Shown here piece by piece: positions 51,701-64,000 of a DNA stretch of 64,000 nucleotides (its first letter is position 1; every line of letters begins with the position of its first letter). The notes below the pieces were generated by a model that saw only the letters and a program-made list of their open reading frames with translations, searched no databases and was not told the origin of the DNA. A program made the position numbers and the translations under genes. Origin of the DNA: Okamejei kenojei. Its lineage: Eukaryota. The stretch is taken from contig CM069159.1 of assembly GCA_035221665.1 (NCBI GenBank), positions 19,530,001 to 19,594,000 on the forward strand, given 5' to 3'.

Positions 51701-53701
51701 GCTTTTCTCCAAATTACATGAGGAAAAGATTCTTTGTGTTCCTCATTTTTGTTTTAATAGGGCAGTGTCTGATGAATATGTAGCAGGACACTGCCAGAGG
51801 CATTTTGGTGGCCCAATATGGGTCCTTTATGGTTCATTTATATTGTGTGATTTTGAACTGCTAGTGATGATTCATAATGGCAGTAATTTATTGAAGTCAA
51901 AAAGGGGTCTCGACCTAGGTCGTTGCCTGTCTCCCTTTGTTTCTTTGGATGCTGCTGCATCCACTGGGATCTCCAGGTTGAGAAACCCTGCAGTAATTTA
52001 TTGTTGTACAAAACCTCCATAAGTGAAAATATGAATTTGACTATCTACAGGTTGACTAGACCATCTCAACAGCTGATGGTCAAAGAAGTCTATGAATGTA
52101 AACCAATATTACGATATATCAATAAAATAATTATGTATAAAGAAGTGTTATACCTGCAATTTGCGGAAATAAGTCTAAATAAACTATATTTTGTTATAAG
52201 AAATTGGAGGTCTGTATATACAGTAAAGTTATTTTTTCATTTAGATATATGTGAATTCCTTGTGGATTGCATTTTCTAAGTATCTAATTGATAGAGCCAA
52301 TTATAGGGCTCAGAGTGTTATCGTCTTATAAACGGACAATATATTAACCAAGAAGTTATCAGATGCATTCATAATATCCCAATATGGAAAGGGATATATA
52401 TATAAATGTTAATAAAATATATATATGTGTGTGTGTATATATATAGATATAGATATAGATATAGATATAGATATAGATATAGATATGGGTATATGTATAT
52501 ATAATCTGTCCAAAATTGTAAAAAATATAAAGGCAGGAGATAAAAATCTTGAAATGCCTTAAGAAATGGACTTTAACTCTATCTATGATTCAAAAAACTT
52601 AAACATTGAAAATAATAATTCTGATAACTTTAGTATCAATATAAGAGTGCAAACATTGCAAATGTTACGTTATAATGGCATGTGGATACAAATTGCATTA
52701 TCATATATGTTTATGAATCTACCAAACAAAGCACGCCAAGAAGACCTGAAAACAAAACCAAGGTAAACCTATAAGCACATCCTGCTGGCTTTAAGTTGTG
52801 TATGTGTGAACATTGATGAAAATGTTGCAGTAGGTAAGAGTCTGTGGCAATGAGACTGCTTATTACACACAAAAACCACATTGGGTTCAGTAAAACTGAT
52901 GGTTATAGAGGAATGTATTTCTAGATGGTTAATAATTGGATACATTCAGTAGGAACTAGACACTGAAAGGTGGAAAATCACTCTGTTAATGAGGAAAATA
53001 CATTCACAGGAATGGCACAGGATGAGCCACTCGAGCAAAGATGCAAGGCCGCAGGAGGCTGTAGATTACTGTTAAAATAAAGGAACCAGTCATGGTGACA
53101 GATTTAGACACGCAATGTTCGGTTCGCTATAATTGTTGCTTTGTCATGCCATAAATATATATCAATTGGTATTTGTGATCAATTTGCTTTTCAATAGAAA
53201 GGGCATTATATTCATTTTTTATAATGTGAAAATTATTTATCACATAACTTGAGGCAATGTTTGGGGAAAATGTGTTATTCGCTCGTTATTGTGTTAATGA
53301 GCCGTACTGTCGTATGGAATAAATTCTACGACACGAAAAACACAGAAAACTTTAAACTCTTCACGTAGTCACTCACGTGACTCCGAAGTAAAATAGTAAG
53401 ATTAAACGAGAACTTACCAGTTCGAAGTTTGATCGTTATTTTATGAGGAGTTACGATGAGGGATTACGTGCCCTCCACTCCCCACCCTCATAAAATAAAT
53501 GATCATCTGGTAGTTCTAAGTCTATTATGAGCCTTACTATGTTACTTCGGCTATTTTTGTGTTCTGTGTTTTTCATGCCGCTGCTTTGAAGTATGCCGTT
53601 TGCCAGCGCCAGGCGGGTTCTTCACGTAATCCCTCATCGTAACTCCTCATAAAATAACGATCAAACTTCGAACTGGTAAGTTCTCGTTTAATCTTACTAT
53701 T
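48791..53701 (+). mobile_element. Non-autonomous DIRS derivative (copy 3)
   Basis: Perfect 34-bp ITR (48820-48853 / 53593-53626); ICR 53359-53470 exactly complementary to both ends; AT-rich interior with only vestiges of gag, RNase H and YR. Confidence 0.9.
52440..52486. repeat. (ATATAG)n microsatellite inside DIRS copy 3
   Basis: Direct reading. Confidence 0.9.
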
Positions 53702-55313
53702 CTCTACTTTAGTATTTTGCTAGCTTTTTCCAATGAAATAAACATTGCCTATTAGTATAGTCCTAATAAAAACAAGCTGGACGGAAGTAAGATCAACAAT
53801 AAAGATATTATTCATTTTAATTTGTCAATGCAATTGGAGGGTGTTCCAAATTAAGTTGACAGCTGTTCACTCACCCGCCCTGTCATTCTGTAACAATAAG
53901 GAACTGCAGATACTCGTTTATACCAATGTTTAACCCTATTATTTTCATGCTTACAGGCTATTAACACATTAGTAATTTGCTAGGGACATACTTTCAGTTT
54001 AATCTATTGTGGGAGAGGCTTGTACTGGAGAGATGTCTGTGGCTGCTGAAGGGAGTGAATGGCAGTAATGAGAAAGCTTTTTCCAAGCCGGCACCTATAA
54101 AGTAAACACAGCTGTGTAGCATGATTTTGTATAAACATTAACAGAAATGCACGAATCACGTGGCTTTAAGGACAACGTATGTGGAAAAAGCAACCAGTTA
54201 AAGTAAAACACCAAAAAAAGACACAAAGTGCTTGAGTAACTCAGCAGGTCAGACTGCATCTCTGGAGAACATGGATAGGTGTTGTTTCGGGAAGAAGAGT
54301 CCCAACGCAATTGTCACCTATTCATGTCCTCCAGTGATGCTGCCTGACCCATTGAGTCACTGCAGCACTTTTTGTCTTTCTTTTTGTATAAACCAGCATC
54401 TGCAGTTCCTCGTATCTCCACACAAAACAAAATGTGCTGGAGGAACTCAGTGTCTGAGGCAGCACATTGAGAGAGAATGGACAGGCAACTTTTCAGGTCA
54501 GGATACCTTCCTTGGTGGAATGGTCCTGAACTGAAAGTCACCAGTCCATTCCCATACCAGACCTGCTAAGTTCCTCCAGTACTTTGCCCAATATTTCTGT
54601 ACCTTCAGTCACTTGTATATTCAGACAAGTTAGCGTTTCAGGTTGCAGACTCTTCATCAGGACTATCCCTATAAACATTAGCCTATTTCCATCAAAAGCA
54701 AAATAATTGGGTTCTGGAAATCAGAAATACAAGCAGAAATCTTTTGAAGAAGGGTTTCGGCCCGAAACGTTGCCTATCTCCTTCGCTCCATAGATGCTGC
54801 TGCACCCACTGAGTTTCTCCAGCATTTGTGAACCCCAGCAGAAATCTTTTGCTGTCTCTTCTACCTACCGGATATCCTTGCACACTTAGCTGGCAACATT
54901 TATCATCCAGAAATCACAATTCCATATCAACATTAACCAAACCAATATTCGGTTCATCTACTTCTCATATTCCCGACTCCACACGGCAGCTTTCCCGATT
55001 CCACACGGCGGCTTATATTTCACTGATCGGAACAAAACTTGGTGGCTTGGAGCAGAGGAGAATGGTGAGTAATGTGGCGAAAAAATCCTAGCAATATAGG
55101 GTAGCACTTTTGTGCAACTTTAATTACAATGGTCAAGATGAGAGTTTTAGTAATAGTATAGAGAACGACATGAAACAATTTCAACTCGAGATGTTTAGAT
55201 ATCAGCACAAATCAGTGGTTTCCTGTCCTCACCACCAATAACCATGCTAACAAAACAGTAAGTCATGAGTAGTATTTCTCGAAATTGGCAGGAAATTACT
55301 GATGTCAGATTCT

Positions 55314-57143
55314 GAGCAAGCTATGAGGGCTGATTCCATGGCTAAGAAGCTGCTAAGTAACAATGCTACAGATTTTTGGAAGGAAGTGAGAGCTCTTAGC
55401 AGTTGCAAAACATCTCTACCATGTATTGTAGATGGAATATTCAGAACAGCTAATATCGCGGAGTTATGGCGACAACATAATAGCACTTTATTCAACTGTG
55501 TCCAAGGTGACTTGTATAGGGTGGACAATATTGAGAGTAATGACTCGATGGTGATTATGTCACATGAGGTGTATCATGCCATGAACAAGCTGTCCAACAG
55601 CAAAGCAAGTGGCTTGGATCATATCTCTGCTGAACATCTTAAGTATGCGAGTATGAGGATAGCTCCTCTCCTAGCTATTTGTTTTACTGGCTTTATGATT
55701 CATGGCTTGTTACCAGACTCAATGTTGTCTGTCCTGTTAGTGCCGGTTATTAAGGACAAAGCTGGTAAAGTAGGCGGTCTAAATAATTACAGGCCCATAG
55801 CTTTAGCCAGCATATTGTCAAAAGTCTTAGAAAGAGTTCTGCTGGATAGAATAAATGAGTTTGTTAACTCCACAGATAACCAGTTTGGCTTTAAAGCTAA
55901 ACATGGCACTGACTTATGCATATATGCCCTAAAGGAGATTGTAAACAAATATAGAGGCAAAAACTCTTCAATCCTTATGTGCTTTATTGATGCTTCCAAA
56001 GCCTTTGACCGTGTTAATCACAGAAAGCTGTTTGGTAAAATGAGTCAAAGAGGGGTGCCTAAATACATTGTTAGAATTCTGGCCTACTGGTATGCCCACC
56101 AGCAAATAAAATGGGGCAATAGGGTCTCAGCCCCATTTGGGGTTAGCAATGGTGTTAGACAAGGGGGAATTTTGTCCCCAGTCCTTTTTAATCTATATAT
56201 TGATGATCTGTCTACACATTTGAAAGTCTCTAACACTGGGTGAGTGATTGGTAATATTTTAGTGAACCATATTATGTATGCAGATGATCTTGTGGTCTTT
56301 AGTCCATCTAGCGCTGGTCTCCAGCAGCTCCTTACTACATGTTCTGTGTATGGTGTGGAACATGACATTAAAACATAATGCTAGTAAGAGTGCTGTTATG
56401 GTCTGTAGAACCAAAGAGGATAAAAGCCTAAAATATCCTGATTTAAAATTCACTGACCACATTCTTAGTGTCTGTAATAAGATAAAATATATCTAGGGCA
56501 TATTATTACAGAACAAATGACAGATGATGAGGATATTTATAGGCAACGACGCATGCTGTATATACAGGTGAATATCCTCTTGCGCAAATTTGTTGCGTGT
56601 GCAGATGTGGTGAAGATGTCGCTATTTAGAGCATACTGCACATCCCTCTACACTGCGCACCTATGGTTAAACTATTTAAAGACAAGTATGCAGAGACTAA
56701 AGGTGGCATATAACGATGCCATGAGAAACTGCTAAGGCAACCAAGATGGTGTAGTGCCAGTAATATGTTGTTGGCTGCAGGAGTCAGTACTTTAGAAGCT
56801 ATTCTAAGACACCACATGTATAAATTCATTTGCAGGATAAATGACTCTAAGAATGTGCTTATTGTGGCCTTGACAAACATAAGGGTTAGCACTACACGCT
56901 ACGAATCCCAGTTGTGGTGACACTGGTATCGTTGTCTTGTTGTACATTGATCAGTTTTTACTCTAGATTTTTAACTTAAGTATTGTGGGGTTTTTTTAAA
57001 TATATAAATTATGATTTTTTTATGTGATTTACCATGATTTTATATATATTTATGATATTTGATATGCAATGCATTTTTAATGTAATGTTGCCCCTTGTCT
57101 GGACCTTGAGTCCGTAATAAAGTTATTATTATTATTATTATTT
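55314..57143 (+). mobile_element. RTE-X-like LINE, 5'-truncated
   Basis: GLDHISAEHLKYA, NYRPIALASILSKVLE, DASKAFDRV, GVRQGGILSP, MYADD; aataaag(tta)n tail; interrupts sequence that is contiguous at 24329 in copy A. Confidence 0.8.
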
Positions 57144-60100
57144 TATAACAGCTAGTACGGGCTAACCCTGAGGATCCTTCAGTAAAATGGGATTATTTTC
57201 AATTGGTCAAGAGTCATATGTACCCACTACAGGACAATGGAATTCTTACTTGCTGCAGTTTTACTTAAGCAATAATGCATGGGTCCATATATCATAATCC
57301 AGGAGACTCCAATACAAGATGCTGCACAATAATAAAGTTATTATTTATTATTTGTTTTATGGGTCCCTTACAGAACAGGGATGGAGAAACAAAGATTGCT
57401 CTGATTATTTGGGCTGGCTTGTTCAAGTGGAACGTTTTCCCACTTCCTCGTGGCAAGTTTCTGCATCGCATCCTTTGATGAGTACTGCTGAATTAATGTT
57501 TTGCCTTTGATCTCGTTGTTGTGCTTACAAAAATATTCTGATATCCACCTGCCAATACAAAATAAATGATGTTGGAAGGAACTACAGATGCTAGTTTAAA
57601 TCGAAAATGGACACAAAATTCTGGAGTAACTCAGTGGGACAGGCAGCATCTCTGGAAAGAAGGAATGGAAGGTATGTTACACATTCCTTCTCTCCAGAGA
57701 TGCTGCTAGTCCCGCTGAGTTTCACCAGCATTTTGTGTGCATTTTCAAAAAATAAATGAAAGAAAATCAGTAGAGAACACAGTTTTCATAGTATTGTTAT
57801 TTTGGGTCATCTTGGTGTCATTCAATTGCTTTTGAAAGTCTTTAATTGTTCTTTAACTTAAAGAAGGAGATTTGAAGGATCTTCTTAAGAAGGACAATGC
57901 GTGGAGACTCACCAGTCAACAATATTGCGCTGGAGTCAACTCATACATTAAAAAAATGACATTATACACATGCTGTATTGGAACTAGAGGAAATATATAT
58001 GAATGAAAAAAAACAATCTACTTTTAGCTTATCTCACTGGTTATGAAAAACAATTGGGAAATGGGGAATTACTTGGAAAAGACCCGACTCTGAGGGAAAT
58101 GACCTGCTAATATCAGCAACACTGTACAGTAGTGTCTCTCCTTCACCCACAATAAACAGTACACTTGAAAAAAAAACCTTAGTGTAAGAGTTGGAATTTG
58201 TATGATGAGGAAATGATTGGATTTCAGGGACTCTGTCATTACCTCCAACAATCCTTATTCCAGGGGTTATACCTGAACCCATGCATGTTTGCCTGAACCT
58301 TGACACCACTGCAGGCTACAAGCTTGAACAGCAATGATGATGAACCCCATGCTATATCGGGTACGCACCCCTTTACAAATTGCATCATGTGACTAATTGG
58401 CCGTGTCTTCACAAATGTTTCAGTGCTGGACGCAGATAGAATTCCTGTCCCTACGGTAAACTTTTCTTTTCTCTAAAAGTAGCCTTGTTTACTTGAATCA
58501 CTAGCCATTTTACAGTGTTTCAGAGCGGGAACCTGCCAAGGCGCTTCCTGTTGTGGGGTTTTAGAAGTGATATTTTGAAGTCAGTAACCTGATAGCCTCC
58601 CAGGTTGGAATGCAGTTGAAATGTTCTTTGGGGAATTGTTCAAGCATGGGATTGTTTTTGTTATATTTAAATGTCAACCGGAAAAGTCTGTTCTGAGAAG
58701 CGAGCAGTTTCAATTATACAGAACAGTCAGTGAAATGTACTTTCTGTCACTTCAAAATCATTCAAAGGTACACTGCATTCTGTGTTTTCCAAACTACTTC
58801 CATAATTCTCATTTCTGGAACTACTAAATATTGAGAGATATTGCAACTTACCAAGACTGGGCTGGGGCCTCCAGCAATGAAAGATTTGCGCCTTGGATTC
58901 AGCTAAATGATCTGAAGGAAATTTCATAATGACTTCCCATTAAAACGATGTCCATTTTATGGGAAGTCAATGTGAATTTCCTTCAGATCATTTAGCAGCT
59001 TCCAAGAAATACTTTCTTTGAAAATCTGTGTTTGTTATTTCAAAAACTAGAGATACAACGGAGATGTATTTGTACACCATTGCAGGTGAGAGCTTTGAAG
59101 GAGGCAGATATTCACAGGGAACAGGCATGAAAATAAAGCTTGAATCCATGATATATCCTTAGGTCGATATCTCATAGCAGCCATGAACTCATGGAGTTGT
59201 GAAACAGGAAAGAAGGGCCAAATGGCTCTACGTCTGCTCCTGTCCTCTCTATCTGAAGTCTTCCAACTGGAATTGACAACAACCCCACCAGCACCAACCA
59301 GAATAGCATGAATGTACAAAATATTGGCCTGTGAATGACTCTAAAATAATTACCCTGCCACTTATTTTGTAACCTGAAATAAAACAAGTTCATGCTGGGA
59401 ATACTCAGCAAGTCATGCAATATCTGCGGAGAAAAGCTAAGTTGGCCTTTCAGGTTGAGTAAGTGTCCTCAGCATTTTGCTTGCACTGGAAATCTCACGA
59501 CAGCTGGATAATAAAGCAGGGGATTGACGTCTACATAGGAATATGTGATATACAATGCATTTATTGATTGCTGCTCTTAAGCAGATTAAAAATGGAGCAT
59601 TGACTTTTTTTGCACCATGCCGAATTGTGGAAATCAGTGATCAGCAATATTAAATGTCATGTTAACAATCTCAATAAACCCTGGGTAAATTGCACATGTC
59701 AGTAGGAGTCGGCTGGTCAAGGTTAGACTTTCCACATTGTACAAACTGGGACTTCTTTGGTAGGAACTAATTCATTTGTATAGCCTTTGTTGCTTCTGTC
59801 TCCAATGTGCACGAGTCAGTTTCTCTGCTGAAAATTACATCTAATCTGTTACTTACCTGAGATCATAAATAGTTTTGAGACATGATTGAATGCTCCTAAC
59901 CCAAAAGATTGTTAGTCCATTCCCTCCAGAGCTGCTGTCTGAACCGTCGAATTACTCCTGCACTTTGTGCTTTACTTAAGAGGTGTTTGTTTTCTAAAGA
60001 TTAAAAAGGTGTAACAGATGGTTCATTGAGCTGGTGTCAGGTGTGTGATTTCAAGGTTTGCTCATTGACTCATCCTTGATGTGTTGATTTAAAAATTGAG

Positions 60101-60194
60101 TAGGAAAATGTACAGCCAGCCATTGTACAGAAATTGAGGCATACTGCTTTGATGATACACATTTTTTAATATTCCATCTGAATTGCCTCATTAG

Positions 60195-61465
60195 AAAACA
60201 TAGAAACATTAAAAATAGGTGCAGGATGAGGCCCTTTGAGCCTGCACCGCCATTCATTATGATCATGGCTGATCATCCACAATCAGTAACTCGTGCTTGG
60301 CCTTCTCCCCATTACCTTGATTCCGCTATCCTCCTTAGAGCTCTATCTAACTCTCTTTTAAATTCATCCAGTGAATTGGCCTCTACTGCCTTCTGTGGCA
60401 GACAATTCCACAAATTGATCATAAGGGGAGTTGAGTATAAGGAGCAAAGAGGTCCTTCTGCAGCTGTACAGGACCCTAGTTGATGACCACACCTGAAGTA
60501 ATGTGTGCAGTTTTGGTCTCCAAATTTGAGGAAGGAGATTCTTGCTATTGAAGGAGTGCAGCGTAGGTTCACAAGGTTAATTCCCGGGATGGCGGGACTG
60601 TCATATGCTGAGAAAATGGAGCAGCTGGGGTTGTATACTCTGGAATTTAGAAAGATGAGAGAGGAATCTTATTGAAACATAAGATTATTAAGGGTTTCGA
60701 CATGTTAGAGCAGTGGTTCTTAACCTGGGGGTCGTGACCCCCTTGTGGGGTCGTTTGGGGCTTTGCCAGGGGACATGAAGGCGACACAAATAACATATCA
60801 ATTTTTTGAGCCCATGTTTAGGAACCTAACAAAGGGTACATACCACATACAGTGTTTTGTTGGGGTACTGATGCCAAAAAGGTTAAGAACCACTGTGCTA
60901 GAGGCAGGAAACATGTTCCTGATGTTGGGGGAGTCCAGAACCAAGGGGCCACAGTTTTAAGAATAAAGGGTAAGCCAATTTAGAACGGAGATGAGAAAAC
61001 ACATTTTCACACAGAGAGTTGTGAGTCTGTGCAATTCTCTGTCTCAGAGGGCGGTGGAGGCCGGTTCGCTGGATATTTTCAAGAGAGAGCTAGATAGGGC
61101 TCTTAAAGATGGTGGAGTCAGGGGGTATGGAGGCAGGAACAGGGTACTAATTTGTGGATAATCAGCCATGATCACATTGAATGGCGGTGCTGCTGGCTCG
61201 AAGTGACGAATTACCATACTCTTGTCTATTGTCTAAATTCACAACTCTCTGGGTTAAAAAAGTTTTTTTTCTCATCACAGTTTTAAACTCCCCTTTATTC
61301 TTAGACTGTGGCCCCTGGTTCTGGACTCCCCCAACATTGGGAACATTTTTCCTGCATCTAGCTTGTCCAGTCCTTTTATAATTTTCTGTATCTATAAGAT
61401 CCCTTCTCATCCTTCTAAATTCTAGTGAATACAAGCCCAGTCTTCCCAATCTTTCCTCATATGAC
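60195..61465. mobile_element. Cluster of CR1 3' fragments in both orientations
   Basis: CR1 RT C-terminus and 3' UTR motifs. Confidence 0.8.
60711..60895. mobile_element. hAT (Charlie-like) MITE
   Basis: TIR cagtggttcttaacct / aggttaagaaccactg; 8-bp TSD tgttagag / tgctagag. Confidence 0.85.
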
Positions 61466-61548
61466 ACATTATGTCACTTCCTCATTAATTGATTATTATA
61501 GGTTTATGCATATTATTTGAATATAATGGTTTGAGAGCAGGATGTCTT

Positions 61549-61662
61549 AAGGGCCTGCCCACTTGGGTGATCTCTCAGCGGGCTGCAGTCGTCTTTCAAG
61601 TTTGCGACTCGCTGAGAAACGGGAACTGGAACGGCGGCTGTCAGAGTGGAACACACAACACG

Positions 61663-61732
<70 letters not shown>

Positions 61733-62227
61733 GTCTGAAATTCACACGGTGCAAAGCCAAGGTGATACAGCCACACACACTGATGAACAGGAAGGTTAAG
61801 GCAGCTAGCACAGTGTACGGGTAAGTCCTTTAAAAGTGGGGGAAGAAGGGGGAGGGGGGAAGGAGTGGAGACACTTTAAAGAAGCCAGACAACTTTTAAT
61901 AAGCTAGAGATACACAGCTGTGAAGTTTGGCGGGCATTTAACATTACCAGTTGGTTCTCCTTGGTTCTGAAAACACATGAAAATTTTTACCCTGGTCAGC
62001 AAAGGCGATTAACTAAAGCTACATACGACTAGCTCGACTACCTATAACTGCATGGCGGACCATACTGAGGCCGCGGGGTGGGGGGAACTAATTCCCCAGA
62101 ATGCGGGAACTCCTCGCAACTATGAAAGAACTCACCAGACACACCAGCGAACATTGTGGCGACCATGTGGCGAGCGCAGAGTCTCCTGCACTCACCTAAA
62201 AAGTCGCCTAAGTGGGACAGGCCCCCT
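61549..62227. mobile_element. Harbinger-type MITE containing (CA)n at 61667-61731
   Basis: TIRs gggcctgcccacttgggtga / tcgcctaagtgggacaggccc. Confidence 0.7.
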
Positions 62228-62424
62228 TTAGAGAGAGAATTTCCATAATTTTGTTGAAGGCAGTATTTGAACCATTCGTCCATCCTTTAACTTAAATTCA
62301 TGGTGTCATCAGATCCAATACATGCACTGTGTCAATAAGTTAACACATTTCATCTACAGAGAACCAATCCCAATTAAGTAAAGCACAAAGTGATGGAATT
62401 TAATTAACGGGTCGGGCAGCAACT

Positions 62425-62781
62425 CTGGGGTAATGGACAAGCGACGTTTCCGGTTGCGAGCTTTCACTAACTTGGCCTCTGTGAACATTACATCCCTGAA
62501 TCCTTGGCCCCAATTGTAACCATGTAAGGCTGAGATGCTTCTCATCAGGCACACACCCTGCCTGAAATCATCCACACCACCAACTCTGGAACTGTCCGAA
62601 GCGACTCAAGGTGACCCAAAATCAAACCTATTTCCATTATTGGCACTGGATGTAGGAATCATCACTGCTGCATTTGTTAGGGTCTGATTTAGGTATAAGT
62701 ATTTCCAATGATAGCTCTTACACGGAGAGCAATGTCTTCTTCTGCTTGTGCGTATGTCCAGTTGATTTCAATACCAATTTT
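62425..62781 (-). pseudogene. Decayed Ig V-like exon (receptor gene 3)
   Basis: tttaatgcctcag acceptor; across several frameshifts: WTYAQAEEDIAL(P)C and HLSL..VTIGAKDSGM*C (DSGxYxC motif). Confidence 0.45.
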
Positions 62782-63679
62782 CTGAGGCATTAAATAAAGA
62801 CAAATGAGGAATTTATTTATTCACGCTTTGGACAACCTTCTCAAATCCAACATTCTTAAGAAATTTTGCCATTACAAACCATCCCAGACCTATATAAGGA
62901 GGGTTTTGGCTATTTGTTTCTCAACTTAAACTCAATACATGAGTTTACTAAATTGGCATCATTTCTAGAGTCGTGGAGTAATACAGCACGGAAAACAGGC
63001 CCTTCGCCTAAAATAGCCCATGCAGACCAAGATGCCCCATCTATACTGGTCCCTCCTTCCCATGTTAGGCCCATATCCCTCTATCTTTTAAACCATGTAC
63101 CTGTCCAAAAAAGTGTATTTCAAATACTGTTGTCCGTACCTGCTTCATACTACCTCCTCTGGCAGCTTCTTCCAGAAACTCATGTAACACTGCTTGACCC
63201 TTTGTGTTAATTAAGTTGCCTCTCGGTTTCCTATTAAAATCTCTTCTCTCTCATCTTGTACAGATATTCAGCTCTGGTTCCCCTTGATTCCCCTGCATGA
63301 GGTAAAATACCCTGTCCATTCACCCTATCTATTCCTTCATGATCGTATATACCTCGATCAGATCATGCCATCATCCTCATACGCCTCCTAAGGAATGACA
63401 TTTCCAGCCTGTTCAGCCCTCTCCCTCTAGCTGAGGACTCAAGTCCCAGCAAATTCTCGTAAATCTTCTCTGAACTCCTTCTAGTTTTTATATTTGACCA
63501 GCAGATGGTGCAAGAATACACTAGGATGCAGTATAATCAAAGTGCAGATAACTGAAGCAACTGTAGCAATTTATTTTCTGAAAGCAAGAAAACTACAAAT
63601 ATGGAGCCAAGGATAAAAGTCTGATTATCCGACACACTGGGGAATTGAAAGTCGGTTTGTTGTCAATTTTCCAGATTAT

Positions 63680-64000
63680 GAGATTGATCCCTGGGGTTGG
63701 CGCCACTGTCATATGAGGAAAGATTGAAAGGACTAGGCTTGTATTCAATGGAGTTTAGAAGGATGAGGAGGGATCTTATTGAAACATATAAAATTATATG
63801 CTAGATGCAAGGAAAAATGTTCCAATGTGGGGCGAGTCCAGAACAGGGGGCCACAGTTCTTAGAATATAAAGGGGAGGTCATTTAAAACTGAGATGAGAA
63901 AAAACCTTTTCACCCAGAGTTGTGAATTTATGGAATTCCCTGCACACAGAGGGCAGTGGAGGCCAAGTCACTGGATGGATTTAAGAGAGAGTTAGATAGA
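63680..64000 (+). mobile_element. CR1 3' fragment running off the window
   Basis: SYEERLKGLGLYSMEFRRMR.. Confidence 0.8.

Larger units (their letters stand above)
48661..59420 (+). repeat. Segmental duplication copy B
   Basis: Paralog of copy A; lacks copy A 11910-16080 and the Penelope, CR1 and Gypsy insertions; carries DIRS copy 3 and an RTE-X. Confidence 0.9.

Noticed and set aside
61489-61824. His/Thr and Cys/Val repeat ORFs
   Set aside because: (CA)n microsatellite

Overview
This is repeat-dense vertebrate genomic DNA. The repeat repertoire (CR1, L1/Tx1, Rex1, RTE-X, Penelope-derived short repeats, DIRS, Harbinger/hAT MITEs, Helitron) fits a cartilaginous fish of skate/ray type; that assignment is an inference. 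The host content is a cluster of minus-strand immunoglobulin-superfamily receptor genes or pseudogenes. (1) A non-rearranging leader-V(J)-C1-TM-cytoplasmic gene at ~133-11039 has an NKp30/CD28-like germline-joined VJ domain, a C1-set domain and 1-nt lesions. (2) The TM and cytoplasmic exons of a second receptor lie at 34035-41961. (3) A decayed V-like exon lies near 62.4-62.8 kb. A diverged segmental duplication (~11.8-29.4 kb versus ~48.7-59.4 kb) carries copy-specific insertions. Three related DIRS tyrosine-recombinase retrotransposons are present. In two of them gag and pol are one reading frame and splice signals bracket pol, so that splicing would give an in-frame Gag-recombinase fusion. 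The third has perfect termini but obliterated ORFs, which suggests a young non-autonomous DIRS. The ubiquitous short repeats are Penelope 3'/pLTR pieces carrying hammerhead-ribozyme cores. All calls were made by eye, and repeat boundaries are approximate.
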